Shown: in pieces, positions 36,680-48,146 of the stretch
How positions within the stretch are numbered: the first letter of the stretch is position 1
Layout: every line of letters begins with the position of its first letter
NCBI GenBank assembly: GCA_054600435.1
Contig: BAAIJX010000007.1
Location: forward strand, 372,001-436,000
Length of the DNA: 64,000 bases
DNA from: Neophaeotheca triangularis
Lineage: Eukaryota
Direction: 5' to 3'
Position numbers and translations under genes: made by a program
The notes under the pieces: model-generated
Databases searched by the model: none
The model's input: the letters and a program-made list of their open reading frames with translations, nothing else
Told to the model about the DNA's origin: nothing

Positions 36680-37960
36680 ATGGAGAAGCTGATATTTATC
36701 AGCGTCATGTACGGAGTGGATAAGGTCCCCGACAAATGGTTCGACAAGGTGCCAGGTGGCTATTTTAAGGAAAAGGAGAAGGAGGGCGAAGAGAAGGAGA
36801 AGACAAAGCGCCGTAAGGAGAAAGAAAGCAAGAGCGGGTCAAGGCGCAGTAGGAGAAATAGTGATGGCCACAGTGACCGCAGGACGCGAAGCAAGACGCG
36901 CAGTAAGACCTACGACCGACGGAGCAAGACCGCGTACGACATGGACGGGGCAAATGACGAGAGCGGGGACGAGCGCCATCGCAGACGCCGATCAGCTGGA
37001 CATCGCAGGAGGCGTAGGAGCGTTGATGATGACCGCTATGGATATGACGATGGATATGGCAGGCCACCCAGTGGTAGGCGGGAGGGGCATGATGGACGCC
37101 GTAGAAGCCAGCAAGGTGCTCCTCCAGGATATGCACCGCCAGCAGTAGGTGCTCGGACTGCTCAATACACCCCACCAATAAATCCGCCTGCTCCTGGCAG
37201 TGTCCCACCAGGAGGGTTCACTGCGAGTCCTGCCAATGGCTACACTCCGTACTCGCACATCTATGGCCAGTCTCCGCAACCACCAGCGGGATCTGGTGTG
37301 CCTCCTCCACCGCCGCAAAACCATATGAACGGCTCCGCGCGTGCGCCGAACGGCATCAACACCGCTGTTCCACCGCCGCCTTCTGCGGCACCAATGATGC
37401 AGAGCCCATACGCCCAGTCTCCTACGTATCCTCCTGGGGCTCCTCCAATCCAGCCACCTCCTATGGCACAGTCTGCGGAACCACGCGTCGATCCGCGCTA
37501 CAACCGCCGCACGCCACCAAGTCATTCACCCTCTCCGCCGCGTCGCCATCGCTCCAGACGCTCCCACCCAAGCGATGGGTACTCGGACTACGAAAGCGAA
37601 TTCAGCGACGACGACCGCTACGCCCGCCGGAAACAAGAGGCTCGCTCGAAGTCTCTCGGTAAGTCCAGGCGCTAAAGCCTGGATTGTCGGATCTGGCGCT
37701 CACAACCCTAAAGCCAGAGAGAAATACGTCGACCCTCGCAGACCAATCACCGACCAAGCTCCGGCCAGGAGATCATCCACTAGGTGCGCAAAGCAACGAA
37801 CAAAACTCACCACCCGTCTCCCGCGCTAACAACTCGTCACAGACACCGCTCTGACAACCGCTCCTCCGAATACGCCCGCGATGGGAGCTACGACGCACCC
37901 CGCAGTAGCAAGCGTAGCAGCCGCCGTAGCGCCCGCCATGACGGCTACTACTCCGACTAG
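36680..37960 (+). CDS. Low-complexity Arg/Ser/Pro-rich hypothetical protein; exons 36680-37658, 37714-37783, 37843-37960
   Basis: Short conserved-looking N-terminus (YGVDKVPDKWFDKVPGGYF). Two phase-consistent introns extend it to ...RHRSDNRSSEYARDGSYDAPRSSKRSSRRSARHDGYYSD*, which matches the composition of exon 1. Confidence 0.75.
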
Positions 37961-38744
37961 GAATCCTCAGACGTCGCGGGCGCCGCAACTACAACAACAG
38001 CAGGCCGCCCAAAGCCCAAGCGCCAGCAGCAACAACAGGCTGTGCGCGAGAAGGAATCGAAATCCAAGATTGTTGCCGATTACCTACGAGGTTGGCGGGG
38101 GTGACTAGAACTCGCCTTCCACGCGCTCGATGCGTACGCTTGATGTCACGCGTGCAAGGCGGGTTCCGGTTGAGTAGGTAGTTCCCTCTGGTCGTTTTGA
38201 AGGTGTGGCTTGATGAGCTTTGGCTTTGATAAGAGCTTGGTGCGGATGCGTGACCGCGTCTCTTTTGGCTTGAAGTGTGTTGGCATTGATAGCTTTTGCT
38301 CTGGCAGGGTTTGTGGGTGTTGGGTCTTAAGATTGGCTTGAGGGGTTGCAAGTGCTGTGCTCGCTGGGTTTTGCGGAGCGGTTTGGTAGAATACCTTTGT
38401 AGAAGACCTGTATCTTTACTTGCCTATCGATTCATCGGAACACTACTGTATTACATCAGACAGAAATGACTTGATAAGGTGAAATCTATTCTACCTCGAT
38501 GTTCCAACTTTCAAGTCCTAAGACGTGCAGATGTGGGGTCCAAATTCGGCATGCAAGTGAAGATGGGCCGAGCCTCGCGAGCGGTTTGCTGCAGGTGGGT
38601 GACATCGGAATATCGTGACACAGCACCGACGTCAAGGCAAGAGCTCCAGCTTCAAAACAGCAGGCTCGACTACTTCATTCTCACCTTACAGACCTTCCGA
38701 TCTTTGTTGCAATCTCAAAAGCACGTATTCGCAAACTATCGAAG

Positions 38745-39461
38745 ATGAACGTCTTTAAGAACCTGTTCAAGGAGGTATGTGTTCCCCGTATTGTTCGGGA
38801 TTCGCGAATGCAGTGGTAGGGCTTGAGAGCCAGGACAAACGCAATCTTCTGATAAATTAATCGTATGTATACGCAACTGACCAACACAAAATAGGCTGGA
38901 ACCAAGGATGTGATCACCCTCTTCCACAACCCGGCCAGTCATGCGTCCATCCGAGCCCACACGATCCTCAAGCAAGCCAACGCTACCAGCAAAGCCCATG
39001 CGACCGAGGACCAGGCCAGCGGGCACGACAAGCAGAGCAGGCTCGAGAGGACAGAGTTCAACCTCGGTATGGAGAGGATAGTTGATGAAGTGGATGGTAG
39101 AGCATGGACAGAAGGCTGATGTGTACCCGCAGACGTCCAGGAGACGGCACCCACGACTGATCAGCTGTCCAGCATCCTCGAATACCTGGGCGCTTCCAAG
39201 GTCAACTCGGTCGTGGAGGATGCTACGGGCACGAGCGATGCGTTGAGGAAGTTCAAGGCGAGCGAGACTGCTTTCAAGAGGCCGATCACCGTCGATTGGA
39301 ACAATGGGAGAGCAGGTATGTTATTCCTCTTGGGCTTGCGCGGCCGTGATGTGCGTGGGCGAGAAGGGAGGCTGACACGTTCGTTCGCAGTTACCGGTGA
39401 TGATGAGAGCGAGCTGATGAAGCTCATCCGGACTTTGCCCAAGGAGACTGACCAAGTCTAG
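38745..39461 (+). CDS. Fmp46-like (DUF1687, thioredoxin/ArsC-like fold) putative mitochondrial protein; exons 38745-38774, 38895-39066, 39133-39315, 39391-39461
   Basis: DVITLFHNPAS...EFNLDVQETAPTTDQLSSILEYLG...FKRPITVDWNNGRAV; three canonical introns. Confidence 0.85.
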
Positions 39462-40440
39462 GTTCGAAGTCTAGTTCGTTTGTCGTAGCAGTGTAGTATA
39501 GTTTGTTCAAACCCCTTTCCAATATCAAGGCTTGTGTTCGGAGCTGTAAGAATGGCCACGTCCGGTCAGTCAGGTTTGGTGCGAAGAAACGGGGTTGATG
39601 TTGAGCGCGAGGAAGAGGATGAAATTGTGATGGTGGTAGTGAAAGAATCGGCGAGTCGCCTGCCTGCATGCATACGCATACGACAAACGAATGGCATGGG
39701 AAGAGAGCAAAGGCAACGTAAGGCTCACCTCACTTCACCTCACCCTACTAATCCTCAGCGACACATCCACAAGTAATACGACGAGGCGAAGAGAGCGATA
39801 CAGAGGACTGCAGCGGTTTCATTGGGGAGTCTGGGTGTTCAGGAGAAGAGGAAGTGTTGTGGCCCTGAGACGGAAGAAAAGGCCCCCAAGGCAGCATTCG
39901 CAACCAAACACATTCACGTCGTCGACAATCGAAGTTCACCTCTCTCGCCTCGACGCCTACGAACCGGTGACGTCGCTAATCTTACGGCGGACCCCGCTGC
40001 TGGTCCAACGAGGCAGTCGCGACTGCCCCTTCTGGCTGCCAAGGCAATTTCGCAAAAAGCTCACCTATACAGCCCCGTCAACAACCTCCGCCCTCGCTTC
40101 CACTTCGACCTCCCACAACCACACAAACCACATCCGATATTCTCATCAAGTCGCCCTCGCTCTCCGCCTTCATCAACACGAGTCTGGTATACGATAGCGA
40201 GTATCTTCACACTTGCTTTTGTACCACCACTCCTCGTCGTCGCCGATCGCCGAGCCACGCTCTTGATTCGAATACCACCAAAACCTCACCTATTTCTTCA
40301 CCACCCAAATCCACACCTACTCCCCCTTCCACCTCTACTTCCTCCTCCTCACACACACACCCACCTCCACACCGCCAACCCCACCCCTTACTGCGCTTCA
40401 ACCACGACCACTTCTTAGCTACTCCGTCTCACTTGTCGTT

Positions 40441-43400
40441 ATGGCCAGTGACTCCGGTAGCGACAGCGGCGGCCACAACCCGGACGCAGACCACACCCAA
40501 TCCGCTCCCCCACGCGTGACCGCCTTCACGCTGGACGACATCACCTGGGTTGACCCGGCCCTCCAGTCCGCCCCTGCTGTCGTTCAGTATTCCACTTTCG
40601 ACAACAGCCGTCCAGTTCCTACGCAGGACGTCTTGACCGCCCCAGCCAGCGCCCCAGCTCCCATCGTTGCTCAAGAGACTTCTGCAGCCCCGGCCAGCGC
40701 ACCAATTCCCACCGCTGCTCAAGAGACTTCGCCAGTCCCAGCCAGCGCCCCAGCTCCCATCGCTGCTCAAGAGACTTCTCCTGTCCCGGCCAGCGCCCCA
40801 GTTCCAACCGCAGCCCAAGAGACTTCTCCAGTCCCAACCAGCGCCCCAGCTCCCATCGCTGCTCAAGAGACTTCTCCTGTCCCGGCCAGCGCCCCAATTC
40901 CAACCGCAGCCCAAGAGACTTCTCCAGTCCCAGCCAGCGTTTCGGGGAAAGGCATAGCTCCAGAGAGCATCACCCCACGCCGCTTCGTACCCTCATCCGG
41001 TGCGCCAGCCAGTGCTGAACTCTGCAACTGGATGCACGGTCTTTTTGCCACAGATCTCTTCAGGCAGATGATTCTGAACGGATCGTACCCTCTCGAGAGA
41101 ATGGACGACTTCATCTGCCCAATCAACTTCGCCACCCCTCCAGTTACTCCTACCATGCAGCATGCGCACTCCATCACGTTCGGCCAGATGCCACCGACCC
41201 TCCACCTCAGGCCAGTCAGCGAGGCGGACCTCCACAACACCAGAGCGTACCCGATCAGCGCAGTCCACCAGCAGGTGTTCGCCAAATTCCCTCGCCTCGC
41301 AACGGAGGACTACGTGCAGCAAATCTGTGCCGTGGTTGAAGGGTACTACAACTCCGACATGAACAAGTGGGGCAGTGTTCTGCCGTGGGAGTTCCCCTAT
41401 GGCGATCGTGCCGCGGAAGACGCTTTCGTCATCGAGCAGTTCGGCGCTCATGAGTGCGAAGCTTGGGGTGGTGCGTTGAACGATGGCCAAGGCTACAGAT
41501 TCCTCAAGAACGTGTGGATTTCGCTCGCACGCTACAACGCCCACGCCAAGATCAACTACGTTGCCTCCTGGTGGTGGTACAAGGACGACCACATGAGCTT
41601 GACCGAGACTCGTGAAGGTGTTCTACAGTTCTTCAGGCCCAATCTCCATCCTGCCGCTCTCTTTATGGAAGAGGATTTTGACATGTGGGGAGAGACCCTT
41701 CTGTGGCACGCGATGTATATGATTGTCGACCAGGTGTACGCTTTCGTCCAGGACTCCGATCAAGCCATGTTGCAAAGTGTCGCCGACAACGCTCAGACCC
41801 AGCATGCTACCCAGGCAGGAAGCTCGCCGCCAGCTGTCACGGCTGCGCAAAATTCGTCACCAAACCCATCTCCTACTAGCGTGCCGGTGCCGACTGAAGG
41901 TGAAGCTGCACAAGTGAAAGCGCCCGACACCGCCGACACTCAGCCTGCACCTGTCCCTGCCTTTTCTCCACCGATCGAGGAAGAAGTTCCCAAGGCATCA
42001 GCTGGCATCAACACAAACAACCATTCCTCGGCCATGAATTCCAAGGAGCACCACGCGCCCGCCCATCACGTTCACGCCACGAACAGCGTTGACGTTGCGT
42101 TGGTGCATGACAGGCAGAACCAAATGCTTCCGCAGTCTCAGGACATGATGCATGCTAGCCACGTGCAGCCGCAAGCCTCCTCTATGGAGTCTGGATCTTA
42201 CATACAGTACCCTAGGGCCGACCAGCATGCCCAAACCCAGGCTCAGCAGGTTAATAGGGACGGGTTCAACCCTTACTACGAGCAAGCCCACCGTGGAGAC
42301 CGTAGGGGTCGCGCAAATGGTCGTTACAACCATGCAGGAAGGAACCAGTACCAGGGCCCTCATCAACGCATGTCAGGCAGCGGTTATCAACAGCAGCAAC
42401 ACTCTTACCAACCACCTTTCGAGCGCGGCCATCGTGGCAATGCTCACTCCGGCGGTATGCAGCGCTACCAGCACGAGAACGTCGCTCCTGCCATGCACAT
42501 GCAACCAGCAATGCATGCGCAAGTCGTTGGTCGCGGGAACTTTCAACAGCTCCCGCCCAACTTCGCCCCGGGTCCTAACGTCATTCCACCTCCCATGGCG
42601 CCAGTACCCCAGGCTCATCCTCGCTTGTTCGACCCCAACACGCCGCAACATGGCCAACAGCATACTTCTCTGCCTGAAAACACGGTGACTCGTGATTTCA
42701 TTGGGACAGACTGCCCATCAGCAAAAACGCTTGTGGTTCTCGATATTCCCGAGGGAACCGGCTTGGGCGACATGCTCGCCGTGTTTGCTCCAGCTGGTGC
42801 CCGAATTCAGGGGATGAACCTTGCGAACAGAAACGGCCAATTATCGTACTATGTCGACTTCGCCACCCACATGGACGCTCGTGCAGCGCTGATGGCCTAT
42901 CACCACGGAATGCTGGCGACCAACTTGCGGATTGAGGTGGCCGGATCCTGCTACGACCCAACCCATCACAACTACCGCAATGAGAACGTAGGAAGATCTT
43001 CGACCCAGAACAGACCCATGCCAATCCTCCGAGCTAGTGACGATGTCCGTCTCACGCAGGGGCACTTTCCAACCTCTCAACACGAGCAGCGTCCTGTGTA
43101 TGTTCCGCAGAGCATGATGCATCAGGCTCAGGCCCCTTATGACCAGCGCTACGCTCATCAGCAAATGGAAGCGTCTCCTTACGCAATGCCCCCACCTCCT
43201 GCCGAAACGGGCTCTATGCGATTGTTTGACCACCAGGCTCCTGATGTCCACCACCAACAGTCCCAGCGTTCCACTGCTCAGCCAGCGGCAACCAACATGC
43301 CCACGGCATCTACCAAGGAACAGCCGAAGAACAAGGGCGCTCATAGTCGCGGGGGAAAGAACAAGAATGGCGCCCGTCACGCCAACAAGGGAGCCAAGCC

Positions 43401-45675
43401 AAAGGACGCCCAGGATACGAGCGGCGCATCAAAGGATCCTCCATCTGGAGCGGATGGTGCTCATAAAGGCAAGGGAGTACCTCAAGCAGCCCATCGCGCC
43501 AGCGACCCAAATATCCGTGCGACGACTCCATCTGGCCACACCGAGGATCCTGCTTCGCAGTCGCGTCCTCAAGAGCCTCAGCCTAAGAAGAGCAAAGGCA
43601 GGCCAAACGACACTGCGGTGAATCCTGGAGTCGCTACTCGTGCTCAAGAACAGAAGGAACCACCGAAAGCAAAGGACAGCGCTACAGAGCCCTCGGGTCA
43701 AGACGTCGCCACTAAAGAGGCTTTACCCGTTGCTACAACTTCTCCAGTTGAAGGTCACACCAGCAACATCAAAGACAAGCAGCGTTCGCTCCAGCTGGAC
43801 ACTACGACAAAGCCGGAAGCAAAGCCGGTGAGCGCCAGGGTTGCGGACACAGCTGCGAAGGCCGCAGAGTCAGAGATAGCCGCCACGACCGATGTTATCA
43901 AGCCCAAGGTGAGAGCCGGGGCGGCTCCAGCTCAGTCGGCAGAGCCGGCAAAACCCGCCCCAACTATTGACACTGAACAGTCCGTTAAGTTCTCGCCCGA
44001 GCTTTCATCAAAGACCCAGACGGGCAAGGAGTCACCTATCTCCGAGGCCAGTGTTGCTACTGCGAAGCAGGGTAGTAGTCACTCAAGCAACGGTAAAGTC
44101 GCAGCGGCAGAGAGGCGTTTCATTTTGGGATCTTCAGTTGCTCAAACACCAACAGATGCCTATCAAACCGCGCCCAACACTCCAGGCAGGGAGGAGCATA
44201 CCGCCGACTCACGACCTGCAACCGTCTCCGAAGACGTCTCAAAGGCCAAGAACGCACCCAAGCCCGATACACCTAAGGCCGCTGAACCCATAGACGGCCC
44301 TAAGCCCGACAAGCCTTCGGAGCTGGCACAACCAAAGGAGACTGCGGCCACAAAGGCCGAGAAGTCCAAAGGACCCAGCCAGACCGAATCGCTCAGCATG
44401 TTCAGCAACAAGAAAACCAAGAAGCCAAAAAAGTCCAAGCCAGTCAAGGGGGCAGCTAAGAAGTCTCAAAGCCAGAAGGCAGAGTCCAGCGGTCCATCTA
44501 CCCCGTCTGCTGCTGCTCTTGGAGGCAGCCAGGGCAAGGACAAACAAGCTTCAGAGCGCGAACAGGCATCAGACTCGCAGACCGCAAGCGTGTCCGATGA
44601 GAGTGTTGCAACCGGGGCTCATGGTGGTACGTCTTCCTCACCCCCGGGAAGTCCTCGCACAAGCATTCGCGAGGACGGACCAGGGGGTCGCGAGGAACAT
44701 CACGCTGGCATCTTACTGACACACATGGAATCTCAGGCCGGAAGTACTGAATCCCTCCTTATTTCCGACCAGAGCGATGAAGCGCCTAAAGGCTTGCACG
44801 ATTCAATTTCCGTACACTCTCATGATGATACTGGTTTCGTATCGGCTGGGGAGCCGACAAACCCAAACCACGTCTTGGATGACGACGAAACCATTGAGCT
44901 CGAGGACGTGGCTCAAAGCGCCTCTGCGGCCCCTCCGAAGATGACAAAGTCTCAAAAACAGCAAAAGAAAAAAAGGGAGAAGGCAAAGGCAAAGAAAGAG
45001 GAGGCGAGACAGCGAGCGGGTACAGCTAGAGCACAATTGGAAAGCACGATTGCGCGTCTGCGGGCGGACCCTCAGGCGTTTGGCATGGGAGCTCCACGAA
45101 GACCAGAGGAAGGGGAGATTTACGAGAGACCAGACTTATCTGAGATCATCCGCTTGTTCTCACAAGCTGAAGAGGTGCGTAGAGAGCTGGTCAATGACAA
45201 TACCGCGACCACCGCTCCTACTAGGGCTTCGATCACCGACACCGACAACTCCTCCGCCCCTGCATCCTCTTCGATCTTCACAGAAATTCAAATCGCCCTC
45301 CATGCCGTCGCCAAGCGTGCCCCCTTGGATCGTGGCTTCCTTGCAAATCTGACCGACACCGGAGATCCTTCTGGTCTGCTCCTCGATTACACGAGTGGCA
45401 GAACAGTGCTCATAGACCGCACCATCTCCCCCCTAGCCCCGCAGGGCCGGCAGTGGGGACCGGAGCTCAACTTCCGCGACAAGGAGAGCGCGGCAACGGC
45501 CGTCTCCATGTTCAAGGCGAGCCCCGAGTTCTTGGAACGGTACGGCGGCGGCAAGTTCGACATGAAGGGACTAACCGTCATCTTCATGCCGGACTCGTGC
45601 GAGCCGGAACTGTACCTCATGCCGGCCGCTCTCTACGGGGAGGTGTTGGGCTCGGGTTCCGAGGACGTGGAGTGA
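40441..45675 (+). CDS. 1744-aa hypothetical protein: N-terminal tandem repeats, aromatic-rich globular region, Q/H/G-rich region, degenerate RRM-like domain, long disordered tail
   Basis: 5.2-kb uninterrupted ORF. KTLVVLDIP...LSYYVDFATHMDARAAL (about 42721-42945) resembles RNP2/RNP1. Confidence 0.82.
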   Translation: MASDSGSDSGGHNPDADHTQSAPPRVTAFTLDDITWVDPALQSAPAVVQYSTFDNSRPVPTQDVLTAPASAPAPIVAQETSAAPASAPIPTAAQETSPVPASAPAPIAAQETSPVPASAPVPTAAQETSPVPTSAPAPIAAQETSPVPASAPIPTAAQETSPVPASVSGKGIAPESITPRRFVPSSGAPASAELCNWMHGLFATDLFRQMILNGSYPLERMDDFICPINFATPPVTPTMQHAHSITFGQMPPTLHLRPVSEADLHNTRAYPISAVHQQVFAKFPRLATEDYVQQICAVVEGYYNSDMNKWGSVLPWEFPYGDRAAEDAFVIEQFGAHECEAWGGALNDGQGYRFLKNVWISLARYNAHAKINYVASWWWYKDDHMSLTETREGVLQFFRPNLHPAALFMEEDFDMWGETLLWHAMYMIVDQVYAFVQDSDQAMLQSVADNAQTQHATQAGSSPPAVTAAQNSSPNPSPTSVPVPTEGEAAQVKAPDTADTQPAPVPAFSPPIEEEVPKASAGINTNNHSSAMNSKEHHAPAHHVHATNSVDVALVHDRQNQMLPQSQDMMHASHVQPQASSMESGSYIQYPRADQHAQTQAQQVNRDGFNPYYEQAHRGDRRGRANGRYNHAGRNQYQGPHQRMSGSGYQQQQHSYQPPFERGHRGNAHSGGMQRYQHENVAPAMHMQPAMHAQVVGRGNFQQLPPNFAPGPNVIPPPMAPVPQAHPRLFDPNTPQHGQQHTSLPENTVTRDFIGTDCPSAKTLVVLDIPEGTGLGDMLAVFAPAGARIQGMNLANRNGQLSYYVDFATHMDARAALMAYHHGMLATNLRIEVAGSCYDPTHHNYRNENVGRSSTQNRPMPILRASDDVRLTQGHFPTSQHEQRPVYVPQSMMHQAQAPYDQRYAHQQMEASPYAMPPPPAETGSMRLFDHQAPDVHHQQSQRSTAQPAATNMPTASTKEQPKNKGAHSRGGKNKNGARHANKGAKPKDAQDTSGASKDPPSGADGAHKGKGVPQAAHRASDPNIRATTPSGHTEDPASQSRPQEPQPKKSKGRPNDTAVNPGVATRAQEQKEPPKAKDSATEPSGQDVATKEALPVATTSPVEGHTSNIKDKQRSLQLDTTTKPEAKPVSARVADTAAKAAESEIAATTDVIKPKVRAGAAPAQSAEPAKPAPTIDTEQSVKFSPELSSKTQTGKESPISEASVATAKQGSSHSSNGKVAAAERRFILGSSVAQTPTDAYQTAPNTPGREEHTADSRPATVSEDVSKAKNAPKPDTPKAAEPIDGPKPDKPSELAQPKETAATKAEKSKGPSQTESLSMFSNKKTKKPKKSKPVKGAAKKSQSQKAESSGPSTPSAAALGGSQGKDKQASEREQASDSQTASVSDESVATGAHGGTSSSPPGSPRTSIREDGPGGREEHHAGILLTHMESQAGSTESLLISDQSDEAPKGLHDSISVHSHDDTGFVSAGEPTNPNHVLDDDETIELEDVAQSASAAPPKMTKSQKQQKKKREKAKAKKEEARQRAGTARAQLESTIARLRADPQAFGMGAPRRPEEGEIYERPDLSEIIRLFSQAEEVRRELVNDNTATTAPTRASITDTDNSSAPASSSIFTEIQIALHAVAKRAPLDRGFLANLTDTGDPSGLLLDYTSGRTVLIDRTISPLAPQGRQWGPELNFRDKESAATAVSMFKASPEFLERYGGGKFDMKGLTVIFMPDSCEPELYLMPAALYGEVLGSGSEDVE
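40642..40941 (+). repeat. Coding minisatellite: six 48-nt units plus a partial unit (16-aa PASAP[AIV]P[IT]AAQETSPV)
   Basis: Units read directly in DNA and protein. Confidence 0.95.
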
Positions 45676-45704
45676 TTGACAGAGAAAGAAAACATTTTAA
45701 AAAA

Positions 45705-45840
45705 CCAAAAAAATTGTAATCTAAAAAAAAGGCGGACATTTCTTTTGTTAGGCATGGGGGTGGAGAGAGAGAGAGAGAGAAAAGAACCGAAAAGACCAAA
45801 AAAACTTGTAATCTAAAAAAAAGGCGGGCATCTTCTTTTC
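45705..45840. repeat. Imperfect direct repeat with period about 91-92 nt downstream of the 1744-aa gene
   Basis: ccaaaaaaa(c)ttgtaatctaaaaaaaaggcgg.cat starts at about 45705 and again at about 45796. Confidence 0.85.
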
Positions 45841-46487
45841 TTGAGTACGATGGGGGAAGGATAATGTTTTGAGAGGTGGGAGTGCTTGTTGCGGTGTTGG
45901 GCGGATTTCTTTAGGTAGCATGACAATGCGAAAACATCAGAAAAACGTCCTCGTCCCGTATCAGTAGTTGTGATAACCGTGAACTTTTGAGATATTTGGT
46001 GTATCTGAGAATGGTGTTCTGAAGTAACAAAGATCGCACATTGACAGCAGTTGTAATAGACGTGACGACAGTGATGATAGAGGTTGAACGGCGCATCATA
46101 TTTGCAGAGCTATACGAGCGAGCCGCAGGGTACGCCACAAGCAAAAGAGACCATGTGCACCCTTCCTCCCAGCCAGCAGGCCGGCAGAGAGAGAACCTCC
46201 ATCTCGAAACCCCATATTCATAAGACCTTCCGAGACGTGACGACTCTCACCCGCAGCCATCCCACTTGCTGACCGATCAGAGCGCTCAAGCCCTCTCGGA
46301 GACAGAGTGACAAAAACAAACGCCCATATGCCCATCCACTCCTCCTCCTCCTCCACCTCGGCCAACAAGACTCGCTCACGGCCCCCTTCCCACTAGATCA
46401 GCAAAGCTTGTCACGCCCATTTCATCGGTTCGTTCGTAGTGTAAAATGAGCGGGTTGGTGTAATTATCGTGAGGAAAGGTTGGTTGT

Positions 46488-46820
46488 TTACGAGGTCGGG
46501 TTGGGGTTCATCTTCCTCTTGCCACCGGTCATGGTGACGTTGACGAAGCGGCGGGTGTATGTGATTCTCTTCTTCGCGCGGCCCTTGGGGGTCTTCTTCT
46601 TCTCCTGGGGCTCGACCTGTGGAAGTGTGGAAGTGGTTGTGTCAGTGTGTTGCTTCTTCTCATGATCCTGTCTTCTTTCTTCTCGCACGTGCTGATGGCT
46701 GCTTGCTTGGTGCGTGCGGGCCTTCTTTCAGCTTTCTCTTTTGGGGGTGTTCTTTCGTACCTTGGGAGTCTGCGACTTGACCTTTCCGGCACGGGCGAGG
46801 GATCCGTGGACCTTACCCAT
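46488..46820 (-). CDS. RPS30: 40S ribosomal protein S30 (eS30); exons 46820-46761 and 46616-46488, plus probable 5'-UTR intron 46976-46865
   Basis: [62 protein letters not shown]. Confidence 0.97.
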
Positions 46821-47321
46821 GTTTGCGTTTGGATGGGTTTGGAGGTGGGTTCTTGGTGTGGTTTCTGCTCGTGGCGGAAAAGTGTTAGCTGGCGGGTCGC
46901 AGAAATCGCGCAGAGTCGTATAAGTCGCTCGGAACGGTTCTCTGGGTTCGTGCAGGGAATCGGGAGATGGACTCACGGTGTGGTTGACGGTGTCGATGTC
47001 GCTGTCGTTGGGTGAAGTCGGGTTTGCCGTTGTCGTTCGAATTGGAATTGCTCTCCCGCTGCGGAGTTGGTGGCCTTGGCATCAAATTATCGACGTCACG
47101 TGGACCGACTCATGGCAGCAGCCGACGCTCTTATCGCGGCATGGATCAGGATCAGATTAGATCACGCCATACAGCAAGCTACCCTCGGCGCCGACCTCGC
47201 AAGCGACTTGGAGTCTTGGAGTAATCTAATCATCTACCTATATAAACATGTCGTTGAACTGTCAAACAAACACCCTGTCTTTCCTGTTGGAAACACTTTT
47301 GGATACGCCCCGTCAAACAGG

Positions 47322-48146
47322 ATGAAGTCGACATTCGTGGCTGCCTGCCTAACCACAGCAGCGACTGCGCGATCATGGCAACCCGCCGCGCCTCAACACA
47401 TCCTCTCCAACCCACCCGCTCACGAGGAGAATGTATACCGCATACCGACCGCGTACGAGTCTGCCGTTATGGCTAGGAGGATCATGCACCTCTCGAACCT
47501 CGGAGAGCTTGTAACCACTTTCCCTCCCGTGAAGAGCCCCTCCAACGACGACCTAGAGACATCTGAGAACAGGCCGGCGAACGTGGCCGGCGCACCCATA
47601 GGCCTGGTCGAGTACATCGCCGATTGCGAGCCCGAAAGCGGCAGCCCGACCATGCTAGCCATAAACATCGCAACGCCTTACAAGAACTACTACGCTGGCA
47701 GCAACATCTCGCTCAGTCTGCGGTGGTGGCCAGAGCAAGACACCTCTTTCTCCTCGCAGCCTTCGTACTTTTGGTCTGGGGAAGAGAAGATCCCGACACC
47801 ACACACGCCTGCTGCCATGCCGAGGTTCTCTCTCCAGGGTCATCTCGAAAAGATAGAAGGCGATGTGGTAGACAAGCTGGGCGTCGCAGCGTGCTTTCTG
47901 CGCACACACCCGGACTCGGTGCTCTGGCAGCCGGGCAACGACATCCACTCGAGCGAGTATGTTCGCTTCGTACCGGAAGAGCTTTATTGGTTCGGCGGAT
48001 TTGGGGATCGTTCGTACATTGGCTGGATCCCGATTGAGGATTGGCGAAATGTTACTGTGGAGGAGGTGGAAGCGTGCAGGTTGCCCGGGGAGAAGGATCA
48101 GAAGAGTTGGAGTGATGGATTCCGCGCTTGGAAAGAGTGGTTGTGA
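47322..48146 (+). CDS. Secreted CREG-like / pyridoxamine-oxidase-type split-barrel protein
   Basis: Signal-peptide-like MKSTFVAACLTTAATA; IPTAYESAVMARRI, PIGLVEYIADCE, PRFSLQGHLE, HPDSVLWQPGNDIH, YWFGGFGDRSYIGWIP. Confidence 0.82.
   Translation: MKSTFVAACLTTAATARSWQPAAPQHILSNPPAHEENVYRIPTAYESAVMARRIMHLSNLGELVTTFPPVKSPSNDDLETSENRPANVAGAPIGLVEYIADCEPESGSPTMLAINIATPYKNYYAGSNISLSLRWWPEQDTSFSSQPSYFWSGEEKIPTPHTPAAMPRFSLQGHLEKIEGDVVDKLGVAACFLRTHPDSVLWQPGNDIHSSEYVRFVPEELYWFGGFGDRSYIGWIPIEDWRNVTVEEVEACRLPGEKDQKSWSDGFRAWKEWL

Noticed and set aside
39691..40418. ORFs of 168-198 aa and a possible 41-nt intron (39718-39758) upstream of the 1744-aa gene
   Set aside because: I could not build a consistent spliced CDS; splicing from either nearby ATG ends at an early stop. 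More likely leader or promoter sequence.
47067..47321. N-terminal extension of the CREG-like ORF in the ORF track
   Set aside because: It starts at a non-ATG codon and spans the shared promoter, while ATG 47322 is followed directly by a signal-peptide-like sequence.
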